From: Azolla caroliniana
Lineage: Eukaryota > Plantae > Polypodiophyta
Length of the DNA: 64,000 nucleotides
NCBI GenBank assembly: GCA_043228905.1
Contig: JBHGNT010000011.1
Location: 10,726,001 to 10,790,000 of the forward strand
Reading direction: 5' to 3'
In this document: in pieces, positions 24,117-34,784 of the stretch
How the letters are laid out: every line of letters begins with the position of its first letter
How positions within the stretch are numbered: position 1 is the first letter of the stretch
Position numbers and translations under genes: made by a program
Notes under the pieces: model-generated
Told to the model about the DNA's origin: nothing
What the model saw: the letters and a program-made list of their open reading frames with translations, nothing else
Database searches by the model: none

Positions 24117-25510
24117 TTGTGTTTTTCTATGACCTTAGCTAAATACTAAACATGATAATTAATTAGCTACATGGTAGGTAATTAGCGGTCACTCTTGATA
24201 CTGCTACATTCTAGCTAATTAGCTATTCTTCCTAACTATGGCAGTAGCTAATTAGCTACCACTCTTGATACTGCTTAGCTAATTAACTACTAGACTATAG
24301 ATTGGCAGTAGCTAATTAGCTATTCTACTTTAGTATGGTAGTAGCTAAATAGTTATTCTTCTTAACGATGGCAAGAGCTAATTAGCTATCACTCTTGATA
24401 CTGCTTAGCTAATTAGCTATCACTCTTGATACTGCTTAGCTAATTAGCTGCTAGACTATAGGTTGGTAGTAGCTAATTAGCTACATCTTAGCTAATTAGC
24501 TATTTTACTTTAGTATGGCAGTAGCTAATTAGCTATTCTACTTTAGTATGGTAGTGGCTAATTAGCTACATCTTAACTAAATAGCTATTCTTCTTAACTA
24601 TGGTAGTAGCTAATTAGCAATCACTCTTGATATTGCATAGGCTAATAGCTACATCTTAGCTAAATAGCTATTCTTCTTAACTATGGCAATAACTAATTAG
24701 CTATCACTCTTGATACTGGTTAGCTAATTAGCTACATCATAGCTAATTAGCTGCTAGACTATAGGTTGGCAGTAGCTAATTAGCTACATCATAGCTAATT
24801 AGCTATTCTACTTAAATATGGTAATAGGTAATTAGCTACTACACTATAGGCTAGCAACAACTAATTAACTACGGCATAGCTAATTAGCTATTCTATTTAA
24901 ATATAGTAGTAGCTAATTAGCTACATTCTAGCTAATTAGCTACTACACTATAGGTTGGCAGTAGCTAATTAGCTACCACTTAGCTAATTAGCTATATTGT
25001 AGTTGCTACTACAATATAGGTTGCCAGCAGCTAATTAGTTATTCTACTTAACTATGGTAGTAGCTAATTAGCTAAGTGGTAGCTAATTAGTACTCCATTA
25101 TAGGCTAGCAGTAGATAAATAACTACCACTTAGATAATTAGCTACATCTTAGCTAATTAGCTGTTCTTTTTAACTATTGCAGTAGCTAATTAACTACCAC
25201 TTAGCTAATTAGCTACTGCACTATAGGTTGGCAATAGTTAATTAGCTAGCTACTACACTATAGGTTGGCAGTAGCTAATTAGCTACCACGTAGCTAATTA
25301 GCTACATCTTAGCTAATTAGCTGCTAGACTATAGCTAATTAGCTACTGCCAGACCATAGATTTACAGTAGCTAATTAGCTACATCTTGGCTAATTAGCTA
25401 ATACCTAGGTTGTAGCTAATTAGCTACTACACTATTGAACCATAACATCTAAATAACTACCACACTTTATACAGCTTAGCTAATTAGCTAAGATGTAATT
25501 AATTAGCTAC
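24095..25510. repeat. Array 2 (~1.4 kb) of palindromic TAGCTAATTAGCTA units (accessory gene intron)
   Basis: Several dozen copies separated by a small recurring set of 5-20 bp spacers. Confidence 0.95.
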
Positions 25511-27728
25511 TACATTATAGAGACAAGCAACAATTTTACCTATCAGTTTTCTCCACTCATCTAGGAGAGTTGTATTGCAATCCCCCAAACTGACTGCAAC
25601 AAGAAATATGGTATGTGTGTTGGCATGGTCGTAGGTGTACCAACAGAGTAGAAGTTTTGTCCTCTACGCCTAAGCCGCAAGTGATGCAATGTGCTTTAAT
25701 AGTCAACATATCGTTGCCTGGTTCTCCTTCGTTTGGTAAGGGAGCAAGAATGTTGAGGTCCAATTCTTGTCTTCTCTTTACCATCCCCTCCACAAAATGT
25801 AGTTGCTTCTTAAGGCAACTAACTACCTGTTCTTGACGGGAGTATTGTTCCTAGAATGCAACCAAGCAATTACCGATTTATCATTCTTTAATGAGGAAGA
25901 TAGAACAACAAGATACAAAAATCATTAACTTACTTGGAGGTTCTCCAAATTGTAATCAACAAAGTATTTACACCTAGAAGGTCCAGGTTCATTGAAAGAA
26001 CCTAGGTCTCTGTCTGAGGTTGTATTTTCCGCTGGGCATCCAACGGGTCCTCAATTTTGAGCTCATGTTGAGCAACCTGTACCAAATAATGCCTCACTAA
26101 GCACATTTTCATGTACAAGTTATTTATAACATGTTACATACTAGCAAAACAATAGCTACCTGAATCTTATTTCTGATTGTTGTCACTGCCAAAGTGACTT
26201 TGCTCTCCATCGCAACATCCAATGTTGCTCTCTCTAAATTAGACTTTGTTGCCTCTAATGTCTCAGAAGCTTCATGGACATTTTTCAGCATATAGAGCCT
26301 AATCAATTTATCACCTGTATCATCGACATTGGCTTTCATTGTGTTTCGGTGTGGTGTATACTTTCGGGTTTGTTGGGAGTCAGCAGTTGCATCATCAACT
26401 GCCATGCTCCAGAATCTTGCCATTTTTTGTTGCAAGCTCCCCATCTTCCGACATCATTCTACTAATGCCTCACCATAAATAGCCCAAGCTACCTTGTACA
26501 TTTCAGGGTCTGTTGCTTCCTTCGCTATTTTGCAATACTTGTGTGCAAAACCTCTCGCGAATGCAACAGACAACTCATTGTTGACCAGGATCTCTTGATG
26601 TACTTTTTGGTGGAGCCTCATGCAGTCGTCATACAACTCTGATCATACATGCTTGAGCTTCATCTTGCCTTTCACTCTAGGCACTTTATAGACTGACAAC
26701 CAGTCTACATCACTAATCAATTTATATGTTAGAACAGTAGGGTCAATACCCTCTAACAACATACCATATATGTTGTTAAAGTGCTCTTTTGTCTCGCAAA
26801 ACTTTGCAAAGTTCAGCACTCTAGGATATGGAGGAACGAGCCACCTGAAATAAAAAATCAATACATGTTACCTTTGCTCTACTAGGACATGTGTATTTAG
26901 AACCATGATTGGTAGGGAAGAATCAAAAATAAAAAATTAGCCACATTCACCCAAATCCTAAATCAAATTTGGAGGAAGTTTGTAGACACACAACCATTGA
27001 AATCAGAAATGTGAATTGGTGCAAAATTCCAACACTAAATCTAAAATTTTCAACAGTAATCAGAAATCAACCGCTTAAGGAAATCAGAAACCCTAATAAG
27101 AAATAAATCGTTTAAGGAAATCAGGAACCATAATCTGAAATATGTATGAAATCAACCCTAATCAATTTTTTTGTCAATAAAAAACACACATGCTGATACA
27201 CCCCGATCTTTGAGACATCCTTGTTTGGGACTCCGACAACTTCGCCCTAATTGTTTTTTATAAAAGATGAATAGGCAACAAAGTTATAGTTATGAGAAAG
27301 GAAAAAAAAAAGGTTTTTTAATGTGTAACTGATACATACCTGGACAAGGATCGAACAGGTGGTGTGTTGTAGCTCTAAAGGTGTAATGTCGATATCAGAG
27401 TTATTGTGCTGCAGTGGGAGCTTCATCTGCGTTCATGCTCAGAGTACTCCATCTATTTGGATTTCGAACTCAAACTCAGGATTAACAAGAATTTGGTGAC
27501 ATTCAAGTTGAGTTTAGATGGGGGCACTGTTCCCCAAGTTCCACTACGTGAGAAACGAAAGTTCAAAATTTTGAGTAGTCTCATAAATTAAATGACATAT
27601 ATTTAACTAATAAAGCATAAAATTTCGTAAATGATCCTTATGATTTGCCCACAAAAAACTAGTTAAACAAATAGCTAAATAGTTATGGCCATTTTACCAC
27701 GTAATTAGTTATAATAGTGTTTCCACTC

Positions 27729-30700
27729 GCATGCTTTTACCCGGATGTGATTTTTCCTACCTCCTTGGATTTGTAGGATTATCTCTTTAATAATAGGGTC
27801 TTGTTGTTGTAGCTCCGCGATTTGCTGAGGGTGAATAGGGGGCTTGTCCTTTTGTATGTTGAGCTGGGAGGCTTGGTGCTCAATTCGGGATAAGGAATCC
27901 GCGACTATATTCGTGATACCTCGGTGGTAAGTTAGGGTAAATTTGTATTCTTGTAGTGCCAATACCCACATGAGCAGTCCTCTGGGTGGATGACTTTTGT
28001 TGATCAAGGAGAGGAGTGGTTGATGGTCTATCTCGACTTGGACTGTGGTACCATGCAAATAAGGGTGGAATTTCTGGAAGGCCCAAACCACTACCAAGAA
28101 TTCCTTCTAGGTGGTAAGCTAGGGTAAATTTGTATTCTTGTACTGCCAATGCCCACATGAGCAGTTCTCTAGGTGGATAACTTTTGTTGATCAAGGAGAG
28201 GAGTGGTTGATAGTTTGTCTCGACTTGGATTGTGGTACCATGCAAATAAGGGTGGAATTTCTGGAAGGCCCAAACCACTACCAAGAATTCCTTCTCTGTT
28301 GTTGAGTAATTTTGTTATGTTTTCATTAGTGCTCAGTTGATGTAAGCAATAGGCCGCCATGCATCTGTGTGGTCTTGTTGTAACAATATTGCACCTATTC
28401 CTACATTAGACGCATCTATCTACACACGAAATGTCTGATTAAAATCAGGAAAAGCTAATGTGGTTGCATCTTTGATGAGTTTTTTATTTCATTAAAACTA
28501 TTTATGCAGGCGGTGGACCATGTAAATTGGGTTCCCTTCTTCAAAAGCATTCGAAGAGGTTGTGTGACCATGGCCAACTATGGTGCAAACTGTAATGAAA
28601 AATTCACTAGGCCTAGGAAACTTTGTAGTGTTTTGACGTTAGTTGGGGTTGGATAATCTGTTATGGCTTTGATTTTTGCAAGATCCATGCTAATGCCGGT
28701 GGCTGAAATGATAAATCCCAAGAACTTCAATGATGTCACACCCCACTGACATTTTTTCCATTGAAGTAGCAAATTATATTTTTGGATACGTCGGAGCACC
28801 TCTCCCAAGATTAGGGTGTGCCACTGCCAATCAGAAGTATGGATCAGGATATCATCGAGATACACTAGTACCATGCCTTCATTGATGAGGTCTTGAAAGA
28901 TTGTATTTCCCATTCTTTGGAACATGCTTTCAGCATCGGATAGACCAAATGGCATTCTTTTAAATTGGAATAAACCATGTTGTGTGCGAAAAGTTTTTTT
29001 ATGTTTGTCAGTAGGGTCTAATGGAATTTGCTAGTACCTTGATGCAAGATCCAGTGATGTGAAGTATCTTGACTTCCCGACCTGATCCAACAAGTTGTCG
29101 ATGCGTGGCAATGGATAGAGATCATGCTTCGTGATCTTGTTCAAAGGTCTAGAATCAATGCAAAAATAGAATGTACCATTGTCCTTACGAACGAGATGTG
29201 GCTCCAAAATCCAATCACTACTTGATGACTCGATGATGTCTTTCTCTAGCATGTCTTGTACTGCTTGATTGATTTGATAATTATCTAATGGTGATCATCA
29301 TCGGGTGTTGTTCGAAGTGGTGTTGAATCGGCTGTGGGAATAGAATGTTCCATCGGAAGATTGATCTTGGCTGTCTTTCTAGGCTTGTGAAATAGGTCGG
29401 GGAACTGTCGGAGGATAGTATGGATTGCGGCTAGTCGTACTTCTGGTGGTTCTAGGTGAATTTGTGTGTGCAAGATGTGTGTGCTCAATTGTGGAGTGTT
29501 AAGTAGTGGAATCGTGGTTAATGGTTTTGTATTAGGTAAAACTAACGTTTGTGTATCAAAGTGCAGTTGTGTGCCATACTTTATAAACCAATCACAACCT
29601 AACGTAATTGGAAATAGTTGGTGTGGCAAGACGTAAAAGGAATGAAGAAAGGTGTGTTGTGCAAGAGTGATTGTACAATGTGTGTGTCTAGCATATTGGT
29701 ATATTTTTTGCTTATCGCCAAAGATGACCTAGATCAGCGTTGCAAGCGAAGTGGGTAAATTTAGTAACTTAACTAAATCTACACTAATTCAAGATATGGT
29801 GCTTCCTTAATCTAAAAGGACTTCATGTGATGTGTGATTTATTTGTGCTATTGTGGAACATACCATGCGTTCGGAAGAGGTTGCGGCTTGAATGTGCGGG
29901 AGTTGCCCTTCCGTCAACATCCCGCTTGGCTATTTCCCTGTTCCATGGCTAGTGATGCAGCATCGGCCAATTGGATTTGTGCATTTTGATGATGTCTAGA
30001 GGTTGCCAACTTCCTACAATATTTTTTAACATGGTTGTACCCATTACAATAGAAACAACGGGGCTTGCCATTACTGTCTTGATCTGGTAAGCTCTTTTTA
30101 GTGCTAAATTGTGCATTTTGGATGTCTATATCCATTGGGCTAGCAGTCGGCTCAATTGTTGTTTTTTTAATATAGTTATTTGCAGGTGGTGTTGGTTGTG
30201 ATAGGTCGATGTAATATGGTGCCTCAATTCTTTGTGCAATTTGCATAGCCATCTGGAATGTAGTTGGGCCTTGGTCTCTAACACGACGATATATGTCGTG
30301 GCGTAATCGTGGAAGTAGAAAATAGAGCTTCATGGTCTCCTTCATATTGGGGTCGACACGTAGTAATAATTGTTTCATTTTGACAATGAATTGTGCCACT
30401 GGTTCATGTGCCTCTTGACATAGGTTGTTTAATTGTTGGAGGGTTGTCTGTGTGACATCGTTGTTTGCAAAGTGTTGTGTGAGTTGCTCGCGTAAGTAGG
30501 TTCAATTCTGTTTGATTTCCTCGGGTTGTTGAATGAACCAAGTGGCGGCAACATCCTCTAGCACCATTCACAATTCTAATGCCTTTCTTTCGTCATGCCA
30601 TTCATAGTAACCCGCCACGTTGTCGAAATGATCCAACCAGACTAGGACATCTTCTGTAGGAATGCCTGAGAAGGATCTTGGATTCTTGAATCTTTCTGTT

Positions 30701-31606
30701 TGTTGGTCGTTGCGCGTGCAGACTGATTTGTAAACCATGTCATAAGTGTTTGGTTCGTATGATTTACTTGCATCATCATTGTGGACATCGCTTGAAACAT
30801 ATGCTCCATGACAAGGTTAATCTGTGCATGTTCTATGAATTCGGGTTGCATGCTAATAATGTTGTCCCCCTCCGGTTGTTGCATGGTGTATGAGATCTTT
30901 GTGTTGTGGATGGTGATCCGGCGGTGATTATCAGCTGCTGGCAGTGATTATCGGTTGTTGATGAGGAGAGTCGGCTCGGTGTGATCTGTCAAGAAGTCGG
31001 CTGGAGTACTCTACACCCTCCTCAGTCGGTGTGGCAAGTGCCCATTATCTCCACCAATGTAACATACACAAGATAACCCGAAGTATGACCCCTTGGTCAT
31101 TTACTTGGTTTCTATTTATAATAGTTTTAGTTACAAACTTTATGTTCGTGTTGCTTCTCCTAACTAACTAACTAACTATTCCTATTCTGAGAATAGTTAT
31201 TTTGCAAGGTGTTATAAGCTTAGTTGATTTTTAAGTTCAAACACATGACATGATCCCTCAAGTCTAAGCAAAGGAATTGAATGAGGATGATCAATTACAA
31301 AATTATAATAATAGTGTTTAAAGACTTACGCAAGAAGTTGTGGCATGAATGTTTAATATATTAGTACCATTATTGATTATCAATCTCGTGAGAAACAAAG
31401 GGGACAAATAATCATACAATGTCACTTAGTGTACAATAGACGTCTTCCAACAAAAGCATATAGAATAGAACTTGGGACGAGGAATTGGGCCCTATGTTTG
31501 AGATGTAGAGGGGGGATGCACGTGTTGTGGCATATCATAGTGCACTATGCACACTCTTTATCATAATTTAAATATGTTGTTTGGACTGCATCATATTCTT
31601 ATTACA
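27729..31606 (-). mobile_element. Decayed Ty3/Gypsy element K (gag, PR, RT, RH, 5' LTR), interrupted by the Sola2-like element
   Basis: Knuckle CFYCNGYNHVKKYC, YPLPRID, MPFGL, YLDDIL, NIVADSLSR; 180-bp duplication in RH. LTR starts TGTAAC at 31058; its far end is uncertain. Confidence 0.85.
31047..31056 (-). promoter_or_regulatory. Primer binding site of K (TGGTGGAGAT, tRNA-Ala-like)
   Basis: One base from the LTR edge; complementary to the ...ATCTCCACCA tRNA-Ala end (recalled). Confidence 0.65.
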
Positions 31607-31699
31607 TTGTTGAATAAATGGGCGAGGGAGATTTTATATAATTGCTTAATAATTTATTACTTTTCTAATTAAACCTCTTACAATTGTGTTTCCCCTTTG

Positions 31700-33530
31700 A
31701 TAAGAAAAAGGCAGCCTTGAACTTACGTTTGTATGGAATCCCAAAGTTGAAGCTCACTATATAGAAGATTATGATGTAATCTTTGCAAAATCAAAAGCGA
31801 AATAGGTACAATATCTTATGATAATCAACCAAAATTTTGTATGTGGTATAAGCAAAATCTTAAATGCTTGCAATGTGCAAGAAATAAGAGCATGGGTAAT
31901 AAGAAAACATCAATAATGAAAGTTATGTGTTTGTATGTGTGTGAATGTGTGCAAGTTTTCCCTAATCAATATTCTTGAACGATGATTTAGAGAACAAAAA
32001 AGTTAAAGATAAAATGACAACTTGTACATAGTTGTAAATCCATGGATGCACCTAATATTCTTGTGATTAAAAAACAATGCATTACTTGCTAAAGCAATTT
32101 GTGATAACAATAGATCATAAACTTTAAGAATTGGTTTAAGGTAGCCATAAATTAATAGTGGTAAAGCATATACTTTACAACAAGAAGGTTGTGGCTTCAA
32201 GTTTCAACAAATGGGTTGGTTGAGTAGTGTACATTAAAAACTATTTATAACTTGCATTTGATATTCCAAACACAAATACTTGTTTGTGCTATGAATTGGC
32301 TTTCTAACACATGTCACAAACAATACTTTTTCCACAACATCTGAACTGAAATGACAACAATGGCAATGCGGCAATGCTAACTGAAAATTTGCTTTTAAAA
32401 TAATAATATTGGAATATGTTTGAATGTTCTAACACATGGGGCAAAATATCCTTATCTCTAGACCAGTCATAACAACTTTTCTAAATTGATAATTTGCTCG
32501 TATTCTTGCACTGGCAAATGAACTTCTATGGTATGAGGCTTTAAACAACTAATGATTCAAATAAAATGGAGATTGCATCATGAACAATAACAAGAAGATG
32601 ACATAAATAGAAGGGCTGATGATAGGGCAAAAAGCAGGCTTCAAATGGGCCGACTTAATCAATGCCCAAGGGAATGCATTAGTGAAGTTGAAGAGGTTTC
32701 TGTCCAATGAGGTGGCACTCAAAAATCTAGAATATGGAGAATAAGCAAGGGTAAAGGCATGCTCAAGAGAATTACATATGCCATTGCATGCTACATGCAT
32801 ACCTTGGAAGGGGAAGATATAATTACCTTTGAAATTGTGTGGACAAGACTTATAGATGTTAAGAATCGTTTAGTTGGCATTAAGGGAATGAAAGCAGAAT
32901 CGAATGAGGCATGTTATTACAAAATAGAGCATGGAATGGCAAGAGGTGAGCAACCAGCCTATCAAAGCAAAAGGCCGATTAGGCCGATTGCAAAAAATGG
33001 AAAGGATATGATTATTGACCCTAAGCCAAGGGAGATCACACCAACGATAGTGTGTTGGCCAATAGAAGGGCATTCAGATCCTCTATCATGGAACCCAACG
33101 ATGTATTTCTGGAAAACTTAAGGAAGAACTAAGGTGGTTCAATTTTTTAGGTACAACACGAAATTTGGGAGGCAAAGTATTCTAGAACAAGAACATGACA
33201 AGATTGCAGCGCATAAATTTCGGATATAGGAGGGCATTAGTGAAAGGAGACTAGATAAATTCTGGAAAATGATATGGCATGACAATTATGACCGCGAGAT
33301 AATGATGTGTTTATGACTTTTTTCGCATAGAGCCTTGTCGATAGGGACGTGGGGTAAATGCCCCAATGCAGACCCTCGATGTACTGCATGTGGACAGTTA
33401 AAAAGCATTTCCCATTGTCTATGGGAATGTCGCAAGGCAACGGTTGTATGGGGAAGGGCATTTTGTTTGCTTTGCCATGCCTCTAGTTCATTCACCCTCA
33501 ACTGGGAACATGCTCAATTTTGTCATTAGA
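31700..33530 (+). pseudogene. Highly decayed LINE (L1-like) ORF2 C-terminal remnant
   Basis: FWKMIW ... CTACGQLKSISHCLWECRKATVVW resembles the zf-RVT motif of plant LINEs. Boundaries approximate. Confidence 0.6.
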
Positions 33531-33935
33531 AGCAACTTCTATTTACCCATTGAACATGGGGGGGGGGGGGGGGCTCGCTACCCAACCTCAGATTTGTGGG
33601 TATGCTCTGTGCGACTTGAGAGAGTAGGACCTCTCGAATTGGAAGATTGCCAAAAGGCTGGAAAAAGCAAAAGCAAAAGCAAAAGCAAAAGATGTCTTAA
33701 AAAGCTTTTTACTCTCTCTGTCTCTTTCCGTTTTTTGTTTTTGTTTGGTGAAAAAGCATACTCATACAATTATAATTAATCTCTCTTTCTCTCTCTCTCT
33801 CTCTCCCCTTTTCTTTTCATTTGTTTTTTTTTTTTGTTCTCTTTAGTTGTTGTGGGTTTGCTCATATATCATCATCATCATCATCATCATCAATTGTCTG
33901 CAGAGAGCTGCGTCTCTTCCATCGACGTTATCGCG

Positions 33936-34784
33936 ATGGAAGAGACGAAGACGACGACGACGACGACGGAGAAGAAGAAGAAGAATGACGCTGATACCAC
34001 CACCACCACCACAGAGGCCTCCCATCTCCATCGCCAGACCTTTCTTCCCCCTCCCCCCCGTGCTTCTTCTCCACCAAAACATAGGAACGATCGTATCGTC
34101 CTCTGCATAGGCGGACAGATCCTTCAAACCTCCACACAGACCCTCTGCGTAGATTCTCGATCTATGCTGGCTGCCTGGGTCCTCAGACATATCAATGTAA
34201 CAGATGAAGAAGATGGCTACGACGACGACAACGAAGAAGAAGAAGAAGAAGAAAAAGCAGCAGCAGCAGCAGAAGAAGGAACCATCAACAGAAGGAAAGA
34301 AATTGTTGAAACCGAAGTCAACAACAGTAAAGCAAGAAACGCAGGAAAAAACCGTAGCCATCCCCATGGAAAAAGCCGGGTTCTTTGGATCGATAGAGAT
34401 GCTCGAAGATTCCGCCATGTCCTGAATTACCTCAGAAATGGCACGATCTGGCTTGATGACGTGGCATCTCTCAGAGCCGTCCAAGAAGAGGCATCTTTCT
34501 TTGGGATTGACGGCCTAGAAGCGCTCTGCGAAGAAAGGATCCAAGAACAGGAGGCTTCTAGAAGGAAGAAAGGAGAAGAATTGCAGAAGGTAATTCAAGA
34601 TGCCATAGCTGATTTCTGTAGAGAAAGTGGTATCTTTCTCGGTAACAATCATTACCATAATCTCCACCGGAGTAGTAATGGAAATATGAAAGGAGAAGTT
34701 CTTGCAATTCTGAGAGGAAGAAGACTTGGATCTTCGGATTCTGTTACAGATGAACCTGTTTTCCGGATGGATGAAGATTTCTAA
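33936..34784 (+). CDS. KCTD-type BTB/POZ (T1) domain protein, 282 aa, single exon
   Basis: First ATG at 33936; IVLCIGGQILQTSTQTL..SMLAA and WIDRDARRFRHVLNYLRNG..EEASFFGI motifs; CT-rich leader upstream. Confidence 0.85.
   Translation: MEETKTTTTTTEKKKKNDADTTTTTTEASHLHRQTFLPPPPRASSPPKHRNDRIVLCIGGQILQTSTQTLCVDSRSMLAAWVLRHINVTDEEDGYDDDNEEEEEEEKAAAAAEEGTINRRKEIVETEVNNSKARNAGKNRSHPHGKSRVLWIDRDARRFRHVLNYLRNGTIWLDDVASLRAVQEEASFFGIDGLEALCEERIQEQEASRRKKGEELQKVIQDAIADFCRESGIFLGNNHYHNLHRSSNGNMKGEVLAILRGRRLGSSDSVTDEPVFRMDEDF

Larger units (their letters stand above)
21650..27452 (-). pseudogene. Multi-exon accessory gene of the Sola2-like element: unknown N-terminal domain, RING-like finger, acidic repeats, C-terminal FCP1/NIF (HAD)-like domain
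   Basis: Putative exons 27452-27340, 26844-26160, ~25850-25540 (CITC..PCQHTYHISCC), ~23765-22930 and ~22690-21650 (LILELD..PRRDVNQFLEW..FDLFIWS..KCL...W...NCMVVD). In-frame stops present; boundaries approximate. Confidence 0.62.
18453..27728. mobile_element. Large Sola2-like DDD DNA transposon (right part) with convergent accessory gene
   Basis: Sola2-type transposase motifs; sharp right junction ...GTGTTTCCACTC|GCAT into the coding region of Gypsy K (CTC-3' terminus); shared palindrome arrays in both genes. Confidence 0.75.

Noticed and set aside
24095-25510. CRISPR array (constant palindromic repeat with spacers)
   Set aside because: Repeat is only 14 bp, spacers are short and reused rather than unique, there are no cas genes, and the context is a eukaryotic intron.
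33834-33935. His-rich N-terminal extension of the BTB protein
   Set aside because: Starts at TTG and crosses a (CAT)n microsatellite; more likely 5' UTR.
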